64,000 nt of DNA, taken from assembly GCF_046119375.1 (NCBI RefSeq), contig NW_027362771.1, positions 82,026,001 to 82,090,000 of the forward strand, written 5' to 3'. The notes beneath the pieces are model-generated. The model saw only the letters and a program-made list of their open reading frames with translations, did not search any database and was not told the origin of the DNA. The stretch is from Phyllobates terribilis. Its lineage: Eukaryota. Of the stretch, positions 63,374 to 64,000 are shown piece by piece (the first letter of the stretch is position 1; each line of letters starts with the position of its first letter). The position numbers and the translations under genes are program-made.

Positions 63374-63682
63374 TGACGCGCCCCCTGGGCCGTGTGTACA
63401 CGTGTGTGGGATACCCGGTGCCGGGTCTCTGGGGTCTGTAGTCTCCGTGGCGGTGACCCGGTCCCGTGGCTCAGGCTGGTCAAACCAGTGGCAATCTTTC
63501 TTAGGTTTTGAGGTTAATTGTCCGACTGCGCCACCCGTGGATTGCGGTCAGGGAGTACCACCGCTGCGAGGCAGACCGCTGAGGCTGGTGTTGTGTGCGC
63601 AGCATAAAATGGGATAACTCCCCTCGGGAGGAGTATAGCCTCAGGGCAGTGAGTGTGGATGATGGGGGTGATGGTGCACGAG
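63374..63682 (-). mobile_element. 3' end (U5) of an LTR of the CSD-element family, interrupted by a hAT insertion
   Basis: TGACGCGCCCCCTGGG start, GCGCCACCCGTGGATTGCGGTC; expected TSD CATG. Confidence 0.88.
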
Positions 63683-64000
63683 TAGTGTTGAGCATTCCGA
63701 TACTGAAATATTGGGTATCGGCCGATATTCGCGGTATCGGAATTCCGATACTTAATTTCGATACTTTTACAATATCGAATACCGGAATCGGAAGTTCCCA
63801 TAATGCCTGCGCTCTGCAGTGTCTCTGAAGTATGACAAGCTGGATGGCAGCGCTCAGCTGAGATCCAGCCTGTCATCAGAATGCCATCCCAGCGTGGGAG
63901 AATTCTCCTGATTGTTTAAAAGCCGGCGGGCGGTAAAAAGCCGCCGGCTTTTAAACAATCACACAGCCCCATACTGCTTCCCCGCAGCCTCCCACCCCGA
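63683..64000. mobile_element. Another copy of the 40843-45726 hAT family, opposite orientation, running off the window
   Basis: TAGTGTTGAGCATTCCGATACTGAAATA is the reverse complement of the 45726 end. Confidence 0.9.

Larger units (their letters stand above)
57100..64000 (+). mobile_element. Formerly autonomous hAT (Ac-family) element; right end beyond the window
   Basis: TAGTGTTGAGCGAAC TIR, CTCGG/CCGAG subterminal motifs, full transposase gene. Confidence 0.9.

Overview
Eukaryotic (vertebrate, most likely frog by repeat content; inference) DNA made almost entirely of nested transposable elements. No host gene could be confidently identified, and there is no rRNA, tRNA gene or CRISPR array. 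Contents: a TTAA/piggyBac-like relic spanning 1-20.9 kb that hosts a Tc1 and two hAT elements, which in turn contain LTRs, MITEs and L2 pieces; five Tc1-family elements, including two DD38E (Intruder-type) copies and one Passport-like copy; T2/Kolobok and Harbinger-like MITEs; a 4.9-kb hAT-ended element that is a 4.4-kb palindrome; and a stack of four hAT left ends (46-64 kb) with a 1114-codon transposase pseudogene, tandem arrays and a satellite built from transposase fragments. The standout is a young, structurally complete 4.87-kb LTR element (27790-32660, minus strand; about 99% identical LTRs, tRNA-Ser PBS, PPT, 4-bp TSD). It has no pol or recognisable gag but encodes a cold-shock-domain protein. 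Its LTR family, and a second LTR family in the window, share a terminal hairpin and a PBS-like motif inside U5. All coordinates and counts were read by eye.
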